This document shows positions 47,563-56,491 of a DNA stretch of 64,000 bases, piece after piece. The notes under the pieces are model-generated. The model worked only from the letters and a program-made list of their open reading frames with translations. It ran no database searches and had not been told where the DNA came from. Numbering within the stretch: the stretch's first letter is position 1; each line of letters opens with the position of its first letter. A program made the translations under genes and the position numbers. This DNA comes from a virus: IMG/VR virus record IMGVR_UViG_3300023212_000371, positions 121,051 to 185,050 of that record; one strand, written 5' to 3'.

Positions 47563-47597
47563 ATGATTTGAAAAATAAGGATCATATGTATGTCTAA
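46521..47597 (+). CDS. isrB: IsrB RNA-guided nickase (IscB-like, lacking HNH)
   Basis: PLMP, RuvC-I GIDPGSK, Arg-rich bridge helix RRQLRRTRR, RuvC-II EDI, RuvC-III HNVDS; no HNH insert; 358 aa. Confidence 0.82.
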   Translation: MVPVIDNHKQPLMPCSEKRARRLMEKGSAISYWQKGIFCVRLTREPFNRKTQPIALGIDPGSKREGYTIATRKAVVLNITTNTTDWVKDHIDTRRQLRRTRRTRKTPYRSCRENRATLRKDRVPPSTKARWNAKLRMVKFLLKIIPITIINVEDIAAATKKGQAKWNLSFSPLEVGKVWFYQEIENLGVQLLKTQGHQTQEKRDQRGFQKSYSKLNYSWNAHNVDSHVLAEIAMETEILPYYGLWKVEFLEFHRRQLHVQNPIKNNVRKQYGTTISIGMSRGSVVRYKNKFYYLGGSSKGKVSIHSIITGKRVKQSVKKRDIDVLYTQNRRVQFLPRLKSWVFLNHFHDLKNKDHMYV

Positions 47598-47820
47598 CTG
47601 GATTGATAGTATTAAACAAGACGGATCTTTTTGTTCTCTCATCACTTCTACTGGTGGGGCTTGCATCTATCGACTCAGCGATCGAAAGTGGAAATGGGAG
47701 GCTCGTTCCAATGCTGTTACCTTTGTGGATGACAATAGTGGTTGCGGTGTTTGTTTGCTTAAAGATGATGCTAAGCAAGAAGCAGAGGAATGGTTGAGAG
47801 CGCACGGAGAAACTTTATGA
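47590..47820 (+). CDS. Hypothetical protein
   Basis: ORF. Confidence 0.5.
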   Translation: MSNWIDSIKQDGSFCSLITSTGGACIYRLSDRKWKWEARSNAVTFVDDNSGCGVCLLKDDAKQEAEEWLRAHGETL

Positions 47821-48041
47821 TCAAAAAGACTAAGAAATATATTCTGACTATTGAGTTCGATACCAAGAAAGCTTGTGAATATTTTATGGAATACCTATGT
47901 GAGGCTGGCGAACAGGATTATTGGAAGAGCATGGAGTATGTCGAAGAAAAGGATACTAGCGACGGTATCACCGCGATCGATTTTGATTATGACTTTAAGA
48001 AGGGCAAGATAAAGACTGTTAGTGGAAGACTAGATAAATGA
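47817..48041 (+). CDS. Hypothetical protein
   Basis: ATGA overlaps on both sides. Confidence 0.55.
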   Translation: MIKKTKKYILTIEFDTKKACEYFMEYLCEAGEQDYWKSMEYVEEKDTSDGITAIDFDYDFKKGKIKTVSGRLDK

Positions 48042-49531
48042 CCTCCAAGTTTCCTCCCAAGAAACCTGAGCAATATATTTTTAAACCTGCTCCGAAACAC
48101 GAGTGGAACAAATGGCAGCAAGCCATCTTTAAAAATGTCAGTAGCGGGACTGGACATACCATTATTGAAGCTTATGCTGGTTCTGGGAAAACGACGACGA
48201 TTATTGAAAGTTTTCGATACATCCCTAGAGGCAAAAAGTCTATCGCACTCGCATTTAATAAAATTATTCAAGAGGAACTTCAAGCTCGCGCTCCCAACTT
48301 TATAGAAAAAAGAACATTTCATTCCATCGGGCTTCAATGTTTGAAACAACGGTTCGGAAACATAGAGATCGATGATAACAAAGCGTTTAATATTGTCAAA
48401 TCAATTTTAGATACGAATACTAATAATGATTTAATTGTCAATCTGTGTGATGCTATTGCGTTTTGCAAATACGGATTGTTGGATACGCCAAGTCAAATTG
48501 ATGATTTGATTGATCGGTTTGGAATTGATGTTTGTGATTTGCCGCGCTCAAGTTTTATCGAATTAGTTATTAAGGCATTGGGGGAGTGCAAAAGACAAAC
48601 CAATATAGTTGATTTTAATGATATGTGTTATCTTCCATTCGTCCTTAATCTTCCATTAGGAAGATTTCATTTAGTTTTTATCGATGAATACCAAGATCTT
48701 AACAAAAGTCAGCTGATAATGGCAAAAAAAATGTGTGACCCTAATGGTGGAAGGATTATTGCGACCGGAGATGCAAATCAAGCGCTTTATTCATGGCGAC
48801 TATCTGACACATCTGTGATGGATGAAATTAGAAAACAACCCACCACCAAGATTCTTACACTTCCTGTTTCTTATCGTTGTCCTAAAAAGATAATCGCCTT
48901 AGCTCAACATTGGGTGCCAGACATTACTTGTCCCGATACTGCCATTGAGGGTGAAGTGCATGACATTTCTCTTAATTCTCTCTACGATAAAGCGACGCCC
49001 GGTTGTTTTATTTTGAGTCGTACTAATGCTCCTCTGATCAAGATTTGCATGAATTTTATCAGGCTTGAAATTAAAGCTAATATTCGTGGAAGGGATGTTG
49101 GAAAATCTCTTACCTATCTCATTCGCAAATCTAAAAAAAAGAAGATGGATGCTTTTCTTAAATGGTTAGAAGATTGGAAAAATGAGGAAGCTGATAAACT
49201 TCAAAAAAAGAATATCAATCCCGAAAATATTCTTGATCGATATGAATGTTTAGTTAATATTTGTGAAGAATGCAAAACATTGGATGAAGTAGTCAAAAAA
49301 GTGGAAGAGTTGTTCAACGATACCGATGAGAAGAATATCGTGATTATGAGCACAGTGCATAAGGCGAAAGGACTTGAAAGAGATGATGTTTTTGTGCTTC
49401 GATGGACTTTTCGGGAATGGTTGGATGAGAGTTTGCAGTTTGTAGAAAAGCCTAATGAAGAAATTAATATAGCATATGTCGCCGGATCGAGGACGTGCAA
49501 AAGGCTTTTTTTAGTCAATAAGTTCATCTAA
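48038..49531 (+). CDS. UvrD/Rep-like superfamily 1 helicase
   Basis: AYAGSGKTT, DEYQD, GDANQALY, SYRCP, STVHKAKGLE, YVAGSR. Confidence 0.9.
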   Translation: MTSKFPPKKPEQYIFKPAPKHEWNKWQQAIFKNVSSGTGHTIIEAYAGSGKTTTIIESFRYIPRGKKSIALAFNKIIQEELQARAPNFIEKRTFHSIGLQCLKQRFGNIEIDDNKAFNIVKSILDTNTNNDLIVNLCDAIAFCKYGLLDTPSQIDDLIDRFGIDVCDLPRSSFIELVIKALGECKRQTNIVDFNDMCYLPFVLNLPLGRFHLVFIDEYQDLNKSQLIMAKKMCDPNGGRIIATGDANQALYSWRLSDTSVMDEIRKQPTTKILTLPVSYRCPKKIIALAQHWVPDITCPDTAIEGEVHDISLNSLYDKATPGCFILSRTNAPLIKICMNFIRLEIKANIRGRDVGKSLTYLIRKSKKKKMDAFLKWLEDWKNEEADKLQKKNINPENILDRYECLVNICEECKTLDEVVKKVEELFNDTDEKNIVIMSTVHKAKGLERDDVFVLRWTFREWLDESLQFVEKPNEEINIAYVAGSRTCKRLFLVNKFI

Positions 49532-49574
49532 TTAGTCGCCCAATAAAATCGCATCTTGACGATAAGAACCAAGC

Positions 49575-50870
49575 ATGCTATTACTTCTGCTTTTCAATCC
49601 ATCGGCTACTGTTTTCAATCCTATTTCACCTCTGCCGGGGCCGGAACCGCTTCCTCCTAGCGGACCTCGGTTTAGAATGGTGGGACGAGACGAAAACTCT
49701 AGTCCCACTCACTTTCGAAGCTGGGTAGTTAATGGTCAGCCCGATTTCCCCGCCGCTCTTTACGGTGGATTGAAATCCGGCATCAATCCTTTACTAGATG
49801 TCAAAGCTTATGAAATTTTCGATCCTACTAGTCCATTTGATTTTAGCCTGCCAGATGTTCTAAATTGGAACACGACCAAACGGGTGCTTCCTGCTGTTAT
49901 TTCCAATTCTCAACTTGCCATTATGGATGGTTATGTTTGGTTATTCGGTTCTCAAAACTCTGCCAAGATTTGGCGAGCCCCTCTTAATAATCCCGCGGAT
50001 TGGACGGATACTGGGGCTACTTTACCTAAAAACATTTCCGATAGTCAGCTAGCCGTAATCGATGGCTATGTTTGGCTATTTGGAGGTTTAACGGATGGAT
50101 ACACTGGGAGCGAAACTGATGAAATATTTTCTGCGCCCATTTCCAATCCATTATCTTGGACTAATCGAGGTCATGCTCTACCCAAACCACTGTCCGCTTC
50201 TCAATTGGTGATCGTGGATGGTTACATGTATATGTTGGGCGGAAGATTGAATTCAGGCCCCTATGATGGAATTTGGCAAGCCCCGATTACTAATCCACTA
50301 ATTTGGACGGATACCGGAAAAAAACTTCCCAACAAGGTGTTCAATTCTCAAGTATGCATCACTCGTTCTGATGGATATGTTGAACTTCTGGGCGGACAAC
50401 TTGATGGATATCACTTCACTGATCTTATTTATTATGCTTCCGTTTTCAATCCAACTTCTTGGGCTGTTGCTGGAAGATTACCAGCTCAATGTGCGGGCGG
50501 ACAATTTGCCCAAATAGCCGGTAAGGGATATCTCTTCACGCCTGCCAATATTGGCGCTTCTAACACTCGTATTTTTCGGTGTGATTTCGGAACTAATCCT
50601 TTTGCTTGGGTGGATGTAGTTAATACTATTCCGGGTGAAATTTCTCAATCCCAAATAGCGATAATCGATGATAGATTATTTTTATTTGGAGGTTCGGGCA
50701 GTAGTGTGATTTTTGCTAGTGACCAAATCATCAAATATCAATTTGCCTCACCAGCCGCTTTACAGTATGGATTTATTACTCGCACTCAAGTTTTGGGTAT
50801 TGGTAATGCTAACAATTTGTTCAAAGTGCTAAGCATGCAACCTTGGAAAACCGGATATTTAGATTTTTGA
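49575..50870 (+). CDS. Kelch-like repeat protein
   Basis: Repeated SQLAxxDGYVWLFGG...I..AP..NP..W. Confidence 0.7.
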   Translation: MLLLLLFNPSATVFNPISPLPGPEPLPPSGPRFRMVGRDENSSPTHFRSWVVNGQPDFPAALYGGLKSGINPLLDVKAYEIFDPTSPFDFSLPDVLNWNTTKRVLPAVISNSQLAIMDGYVWLFGSQNSAKIWRAPLNNPADWTDTGATLPKNISDSQLAVIDGYVWLFGGLTDGYTGSETDEIFSAPISNPLSWTNRGHALPKPLSASQLVIVDGYMYMLGGRLNSGPYDGIWQAPITNPLIWTDTGKKLPNKVFNSQVCITRSDGYVELLGGQLDGYHFTDLIYYASVFNPTSWAVAGRLPAQCAGGQFAQIAGKGYLFTPANIGASNTRIFRCDFGTNPFAWVDVVNTIPGEISQSQIAIIDDRLFLFGGSGSSVIFASDQIIKYQFASPAALQYGFITRTQVLGIGNANNLFKVLSMQPWKTGYLDF

Positions 50871-50877
50871 TTTGAAC

Positions 50878-50905
50878 TTGACAATTGTATTTTAATAATT
50901 AGGAT
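50878..50905 (+). promoter_or_regulatory. Sigma70-like promoter and RBS of pth2, now separated from the gene by the TnpB element
   Basis: TTGACA-16-TAGGAT; AGGA lies 8 nt before the empty-site ATG. Confidence 0.55.
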
Positions 50906-50912
50906 TAGTAGA

Positions 50913-52133
50913 GTCAATCACCACCAACACAAGGTTGATGGCTTGCCGCTAACATTACTGTTGCGGCATATGGCTCATTGACCAGAGCCTGCTCCTTGTC
51001 TATCAAGGAGAGAAGTTCGCAAGCATTTTGCTTGCTCTGCTTTTCAAGCAGATAATTGTTTCGGATGTTGATAGCAGCGTTGAGATCTGCATTACTTTTA
51101 AATCCACACTTACCACAATTAAACAGAGATCTGTCCCGATTAACTTTCTCGGTATGTCCACAGTTAGAACATTTTTGGGAAGTATAGCGAGCATCTACTT
51201 TAACTATTTGCTTCCCAAGCTCTTCTGCTTTATATACCAAAAATTGTTCTAATTGGTAGAACGTCCAATTAGCAAGCCAACCGTTTAATACTTTTCCTTT
51301 CCTATGTTTTCTGATCCCTGTTAAATCTTCCAAAACGAACACATCATATGGCAAACTAACTAACCATTTGCTGATGATATGATTAATATTACGGCTGAAC
51401 CGCATTTCTCGTCCGGAACGCTTTTTGAGAAGCCGTTTCGCAGAGCGAGTGCCTTTTGCCATAAGTTGTCTTTTCACAAAAAGAAACTTGCGTTTCTGCT
51501 TTCTGATCTCCCATGCATTATATTGTTGTCCGTCCGACAACGAGACGACATTATATAATCCACGATCCACTCCAATAACTTTGTCTGATTGTTTAGTTGT
51601 CGGAGTAGAAGAGGTAAAAGTTAGGTTAGCCTTGAAGCAATTCTGTTGCTTGTTGAAGCCAATAGTAGCGGACTGAAACTTCCAACCACTGTATTTCTTA
51701 AAATAAGAAGGAATGCTAATAAGTTGGCGGATTCGTTTTCCGCTCCAAGAGAAGGAAAGAAGATTGCCCCGAAGAGAAACGGTATTCTTATTGTAGCGAA
51801 TAGCGGAGTAGGGTTTTTTGATAGGCTTGAATTTAAACTTAACAGCTTTAACCGCTTCCAAAGCCTGATCTCGAACGCTTTGAATAACACAGGATGGAAT
51901 GTTAGGGAACTCTTGGCGGAGTTAACGAGTTTGGAAAGCCCATTCTACGTGTCGATTGAAGATATCGGAGCAAGTTTTTAGGTAATCGAGGAAGCCGGCG
52001 GGAACTTCAATTTTGATGGGCAGAGTTCGTTGCATTCAAAACATATATGTCATTATTGATAGATGTTGAAAGAAAAAGAAAGGGGCAGCTATTCTCATAG
52101 CACAGGACTATGGATTTCGTTGCCTAAGAGATC
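50913..52133 (-). mobile_element. IS200/IS605 (IS1341-like, no tnpA) TnpB element
   Basis: Minus strand ends GCAAGCCATCAACCTTGTGTTGGTGGTGATTGAC; other end hairpin CATAGCACAGGACTATG...GCCTAAGAGATC then ATGA. Confidence 0.88.
50914..52035 (-). pseudogene. tnpB: TnpB with in-frame TAA near the N-terminus
   Basis: ATG 52035 MQRTLPIKI...WAFQTR* (TAA 51924-51922) LRQEFPN...; RuvC GVDRG, LEDL, Zn finger CSNCG...CGKCG, NADLNAAINI intact. Confidence 0.85.
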
Positions 52134-52514
52134 ATGAAAGACCAAAAACAAGACCCAATAGTTTGTTATCTTGTAGTTAGAGAAAGTTTAGGAATGACTA
52201 TGGGAAAAATGGCGGTTCAATGCTGCCATGGCATTCAATATGTATTGGAAGGATATTATGGTTGGAAATATACTGGACTTGGAACTAAAAGCGTCGAATT
52301 GGTGGATGACTGGATAAAGAGCGGACACCGTAAAGTAGTTCTTAAAGCTGATGAAAAAGAATGGAAGCAATTAGAAGAATTGTCAGAAGATCATAAAGTG
52401 GTAATAGATGCTGGCCTTACTCAACTGGAACCCGGAACATCAACGGTGATCGCATTTTTTCCGATGCGAAAGAGTCAATGTCCTAAAATTATCAAAAGAT
52501 TGCAAGTATTATGA
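52134..52514 (+). CDS. pth2: Peptidyl-tRNA hydrolase 2 (Pth2 family)
   Basis: MTMGKMAVQCCHG, KVVLK, VIDAGLTQLEPGTSTV. Confidence 0.9.
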   Translation: MKDQKQDPIVCYLVVRESLGMTMGKMAVQCCHGIQYVLEGYYGWKYTGLGTKSVELVDDWIKSGHRKVVLKADEKEWKQLEELSEDHKVVIDAGLTQLEPGTSTVIAFFPMRKSQCPKIIKRLQVL

Positions 52515-53266
52515 ATAATGATAGTTTGGGCGACCGTATGAAGTGTTTTGAGGATGCTTACAGAATTAAATTACCTATTCGTATGCCTGTAATATTGAGA
52601 GTCGATGGTTGTCATTTTCACTCTTACACTAAAGGATGTCAGCGCCCATTCGATGAGAAACTCATTGACTGCATGAATGATACCGCTATCTATTTGTGTA
52701 AAAACATCCAGGGGGCGCAACTTGCATATGTTCAATCCGATGAAATTTCTATCTTATTGAACAACTACAAAACATTAGAAACACAATCTTGGTTTGAAAA
52801 TAATCTTCAAAAAATGGCCAGCGTTTCTGCTTCAATGGCTGGAGCGATTTTTACAGCTAATTCTACTAAGATTTTTGGAGAAATCAGAATGGCAACGTTT
52901 GATGCTCGTGTTTTTGTTTTGCCCAAAGAAGAAGTCTGTAATTATCTACTTTGGCGGCAATTAGATAGTTCCCGCAACTCTGTTCAAATGGTAGCCCGCT
53001 CTCATTTTTCTCATAAACAATGTGAAAACAAAAACTGTTCTCAACTTCAAGAGAAACTTTTTCAAGAGAAAGGTATTAATTGGAATGATCTTCCTACGTG
53101 GCAGAAACGAGGACGGTGTGTTGTTAAGAAAAACAAAATGAAAGAAAGTGTTAATACCCAAACAGGAGAAAAAATAATTGCAGAACGTTCCGAATGGGTT
53201 ATTGATAATAATATTCCGCTCTTTAATCAATCCCGTGAGTATGTGGAAAAATATGTCTGTTTTTGA
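52511..53266 (+). CDS. thg1: tRNA(His) guanylyltransferase Thg1-like protein
   Basis: LGDRMK.FE, RVDGCHFH, YVQSDEIS, FDARV, WRQLD..RNS, WQKRG. Confidence 0.92.
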   Translation: MNNDSLGDRMKCFEDAYRIKLPIRMPVILRVDGCHFHSYTKGCQRPFDEKLIDCMNDTAIYLCKNIQGAQLAYVQSDEISILLNNYKTLETQSWFENNLQKMASVSASMAGAIFTANSTKIFGEIRMATFDARVFVLPKEEVCNYLLWRQLDSSRNSVQMVARSHFSHKQCENKNCSQLQEKLFQEKGINWNDLPTWQKRGRCVVKKNKMKESVNTQTGEKIIAERSEWVIDNNIPLFNQSREYVEKYVCF

Positions 53267-53342
53267 GAAATCTGTCAAAGATCTGGGATATAGGGACAAG
53301 TAAAAGAAAAAATGAACTCTAACCCTCTAACCAAAGGAACTC

Positions 53343-53825
53343 ATGATATTATCAAAACTTACTGCTTGGGTATTAGCTGCAGCATTGGTGGCGTCAGGAA
53401 ATACCACTCCAATGCCTCCCAAATTAGCCCACGGTATCAGCACGATGAGCTTATCGTTCCCAATTTTCGGTGGGACTGATGGAGCGCAACAAACCGCTGC
53501 ATTATTGGTGATTTTTGCATGGGGCGAAAGCGGTTATCAAAATCATTTAGTAGCGGATGATACTTATGGCAAGAAATCGTATGGCGCTTTTATGATCCAA
53601 GATTGTGGGCCATATTCTTGTCTGGAGATCATTTCTGATACACAGAAGAGTTCTTATATGAGCATCGTTTGGCTCGCTAGATCCATGAAATATTGTCCCG
53701 AATATCCATTCTGGTTCAGTATATATGCTAGTGGCGGATGTAATAATAGTGCTGGTAGATTTATCTCCAAAGATCGTTTGCAAAAAGCAAATAATCTAAT
53801 CAAGATAGTAAAAATAGAAGACTAA
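53343..53825 (+). CDS. Putative lytic transglycosylase-like protein
   Basis: Signal peptide; FAWGESG...SYGAFMIQ resembles SLT motifs. Confidence 0.45.
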   Translation: MILSKLTAWVLAAALVASGNTTPMPPKLAHGISTMSLSFPIFGGTDGAQQTAALLVIFAWGESGYQNHLVADDTYGKKSYGAFMIQDCGPYSCLEIISDTQKSSYMSIVWLARSMKYCPEYPFWFSIYASGGCNNSAGRFISKDRLQKANNLIKIVKIED

Positions 53826-53835
53826 AATAGTCAAT

Positions 53836-53855
53836 ATTGCTCAGTGCGCTGAGAC
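53836..53855. repeat. Dispersed 20-bp hairpin, copy 5
   Basis: ATTGCTCAG-TGCG-CTGAGAC. Confidence 0.8.
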
Positions 53856-53870
53856 GAAATAAGAGATTTA

Positions 53871-54488
53871 ATGCAAGTTATTATTAATGGAATTCAGTCC
53901 GATACTGGTCAATCTATTACCGAAGAAACTTTTAATCGTTGCAATACTTTTGCGGAAGAATCTGTTGATAGTAATGCGGATCGATATGCGCGGCGCAATC
54001 AGTTTAATATTGAAAAAATAAAACTCGATATTCGAACCGGCAAGTTGGGAGAAGAATTAGTTTATAATATATTAGTCAAACAATTCCCCAATTTAACCAA
54101 ACCAGATCATACAATTTACTCCAAAAAAGACAAGTCGTGGGCGCCTGATTTAAGCGATCCTGGTAGCGGAATTGTTATTGGAGTCAAGAGTCAAGAGATC
54201 AAATCGGAATTAGCTTATGGAAGATCTTGGGTCTTCCAATATCGAGCCGGCAAAAATTATGATAGCGACAAGGGTATCTTCGGAGAAAAAGATGACAAAC
54301 ATTATGTGGCGTTTGTTTCTATTAATTCTACCAAAAGAATCGGCGAACTGCGTGGTGTGGTGAAAGTAAATTGGTTGCATGAAAATAAGTTGTTTAAACC
54401 AATGAAGTTGCAACATTTGCAGAATAACAAAATGGCTGTTTATTATGAAGATTTGGCTAAGTATGGAAAAGCTTTGTTTCAGCTATGA
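53871..54488 (+). CDS. Hypothetical protein, possible PD-(D/E)xK nuclease
   Basis: GKLGEELV...PDL...GVKSQ; overlaps MTase start. Confidence 0.5.
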   Translation: MQVIINGIQSDTGQSITEETFNRCNTFAEESVDSNADRYARRNQFNIEKIKLDIRTGKLGEELVYNILVKQFPNLTKPDHTIYSKKDKSWAPDLSDPGSGIVIGVKSQEIKSELAYGRSWVFQYRAGKNYDSDKGIFGEKDDKHYVAFVSINSTKRIGELRGVVKVNWLHENKLFKPMKLQHLQNNKMAVYYEDLAKYGKALFQL

Positions 54489-55315
54489 TCAAAAGCCCCT
54501 TTCGATATCCCGGTTCTAAAAATAAAATGATTGTCCCAATAATGGAACATCTAATTCCATTAATAGAAAAATATAAAGTATATTGCGAGCCGTTTATTGG
54601 AGGGGGCTCTATTTTGTTAGAGATCGCAGAAAAATATCCCAAATTAGAACTTTTTGCCAATGATCGCGACGATTGGTGTTCAAGTTTTTGGCAAGTAATG
54701 TCTGATCCTGATACCACCAATCTAAATAGATTGCTCCAACTATTGGATACTCAACCTACCATCGAACATTTCTATCAACTTCGCGAAACTCCATCAAATG
54801 ATGTAATGGATTGTGCTTACCGTGCACTGTATTATAACCGCTGTTGTTTTAGTGGGATTGTGATGAAGGATGATAAAGGGATGGTCAAATCCAATCCCAT
54901 TGGGGGCAAAAATCAAAAATCCAAATGGAAAGTTGACTGTCGCTATAATGCCAAAAAGTTAAAGGAAAAAGTCATCAAATGTCATCAATTATTAGCTGGA
55001 AGAACAACAGTGGAATGCAAGGACTTTTCGGAATATGATATGTTAATCAAATCAGATTATCCTGCCTATTGCGATCCTCCATATGTGATTAAAGGCGGAA
55101 TGCTTTATTCTGAAAATATGTCACTGATAGAACATAAGCAGTTAGCTAATGTTCTGAACAAACGAAATAATTGGATTTTGTCATATGATGATTGCGATGA
55201 AGTTAGAGAAATGTATAAAAATAATCAGATAACTACTATTAGGGCCGCATATACAATAAATGGCAAGAAAGAAATGTGGAAAAATAATAACGAATTGATT
55301 ATTGAACCGATATGA
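54485..55315 (+). CDS. DNA adenine methyltransferase (Dam-like)
   Basis: SPFRYPGSK, CEPFIGGGS, YCDPPY, WILSYD. Confidence 0.9.
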   Translation: MIKSPFRYPGSKNKMIVPIMEHLIPLIEKYKVYCEPFIGGGSILLEIAEKYPKLELFANDRDDWCSSFWQVMSDPDTTNLNRLLQLLDTQPTIEHFYQLRETPSNDVMDCAYRALYYNRCCFSGIVMKDDKGMVKSNPIGGKNQKSKWKVDCRYNAKKLKEKVIKCHQLLAGRTTVECKDFSEYDMLIKSDYPAYCDPPYVIKGGMLYSENMSLIEHKQLANVLNKRNNWILSYDDCDEVREMYKNNQITTIRAAYTINGKKEMWKNNNELIIEPI

Positions 55316-56472
55316 AAAAAGAAAGGAAAAAGTTAAGCAATGAAGAGCTTTTAGAAAATATTAAACTTTATCTAAAAGTAAATAAGCCGGGCTCGTCTTG
55401 TTTAGGTGTTGAAAGACGAGCGGTTTATATAATTTACGCCACAATTAAATGTGAAAACGGCCACATTTGGACAACAAAATTTTCTCATATAAAATCGGGG
55501 CATTGGTGCGCAGCATGTTTGGGTATTGCAAAGAAAAGTCTAACAGATGTTCAAATATTTCTAGATCATAATTATAGTGGTTATGTTTGTATAAGTGATG
55601 ATTATTTTAATACACATATCGACCTCAACATAAAGTGCAATAAAGGGCATTCATTCAAAATTAGTTATAAACATTTAGTCCAAAATTCAGTTGCAGGTAA
55701 ATGTCCAATTTGTCACCATAAAAGAAGAAGACGATTGAGTATTGGGCATATCCAGAACTATCTAGACACTAATCATTGTGGTTCCAAATGCATAAAAATG
55801 TATCACAAAATCAATAATATAAAAACATATCTGTTAATAGATTGTGGTAATGGACACCAATTTGGAATTAGATCGGATGCTCTATTTTTAGGGACATGGT
55901 GTCAAAAATGTAGAAAGATTAAAAGCAAAAACGAAATTATTGCGATAATAACTGAAAGATGTTCAGAGTCCAAGTTGTTGGATGAAAATTACGTTAATGA
56001 TAGATACCTGATGTCAATTTACTGTGGTAATGGTCATCAATGGAAAATTAATGCTAATAATTTAAAAGATGGACATTGGTGTCCTAAGTGTAGTGAAAGT
56101 TTTGGCGAAACTATAACTCGTAAGTATTTTGAAGAAATTTTTGGATTTCAGTTTCCAAAGGTAAGACCAAATTGGCTCAAAAATCCTATCACTGGATATA
56201 ATTTAGAACTTGATGGATATTGTGCTGAATTAAATATAGCCTTCGAATACCAAGGAGATCAGCATTTTAAAAAAATACCCTTCTTTAAAATGACTGATGA
56301 GAGACTTATCTTGTCTCAGCAAAGAGATCAATTTAAAAGGAATTTATGTCAAAAAATGAACATATCTCTCATTGAGGTGCCACAATTAACTTATTATTTT
56401 AGAAAAGACGATCTATATAGGCTTATAATTGATGCTTGTTTGAAGTTGAATATTTCGCCAAAGAATACATAA
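55312..56472 (+). CDS. Zn-ribbon repeat protein with C-terminal endonuclease (putative homing endonuclease)
   Basis: Repeated C.NGH.W...WC..C; LELDGY...IAFEYQGDQH. Confidence 0.75.
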   Translation: MKKERKKLSNEELLENIKLYLKVNKPGSSCLGVERRAVYIIYATIKCENGHIWTTKFSHIKSGHWCAACLGIAKKSLTDVQIFLDHNYSGYVCISDDYFNTHIDLNIKCNKGHSFKISYKHLVQNSVAGKCPICHHKRRRRLSIGHIQNYLDTNHCGSKCIKMYHKINNIKTYLLIDCGNGHQFGIRSDALFLGTWCQKCRKIKSKNEIIAIITERCSESKLLDENYVNDRYLMSIYCGNGHQWKINANNLKDGHWCPKCSESFGETITRKYFEEIFGFQFPKVRPNWLKNPITGYNLELDGYCAELNIAFEYQGDQHFKKIPFFKMTDERLILSQQRDQFKRNLCQKMNISLIEVPQLTYYFRKDDLYRLIIDACLKLNISPKNT

Positions 56473-56491
56473 TTAAATTTGTTGTAGAAAT

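Noticed and set aside
51922-51924. Stop-codon reassignment suggested by the in-frame TAA in tnpB
   Set aside because: Well-conserved genes (aceA, tsf, rnhB, thg1) are full length in the standard code and end at TAA, TGA or TAG where expected; a local lesion is simpler.
51646-51981. Plus-strand ORF as tnpA
   Set aside because: No HUH or catalytic Tyr motif; it is antisense to the tnpB N-terminus.
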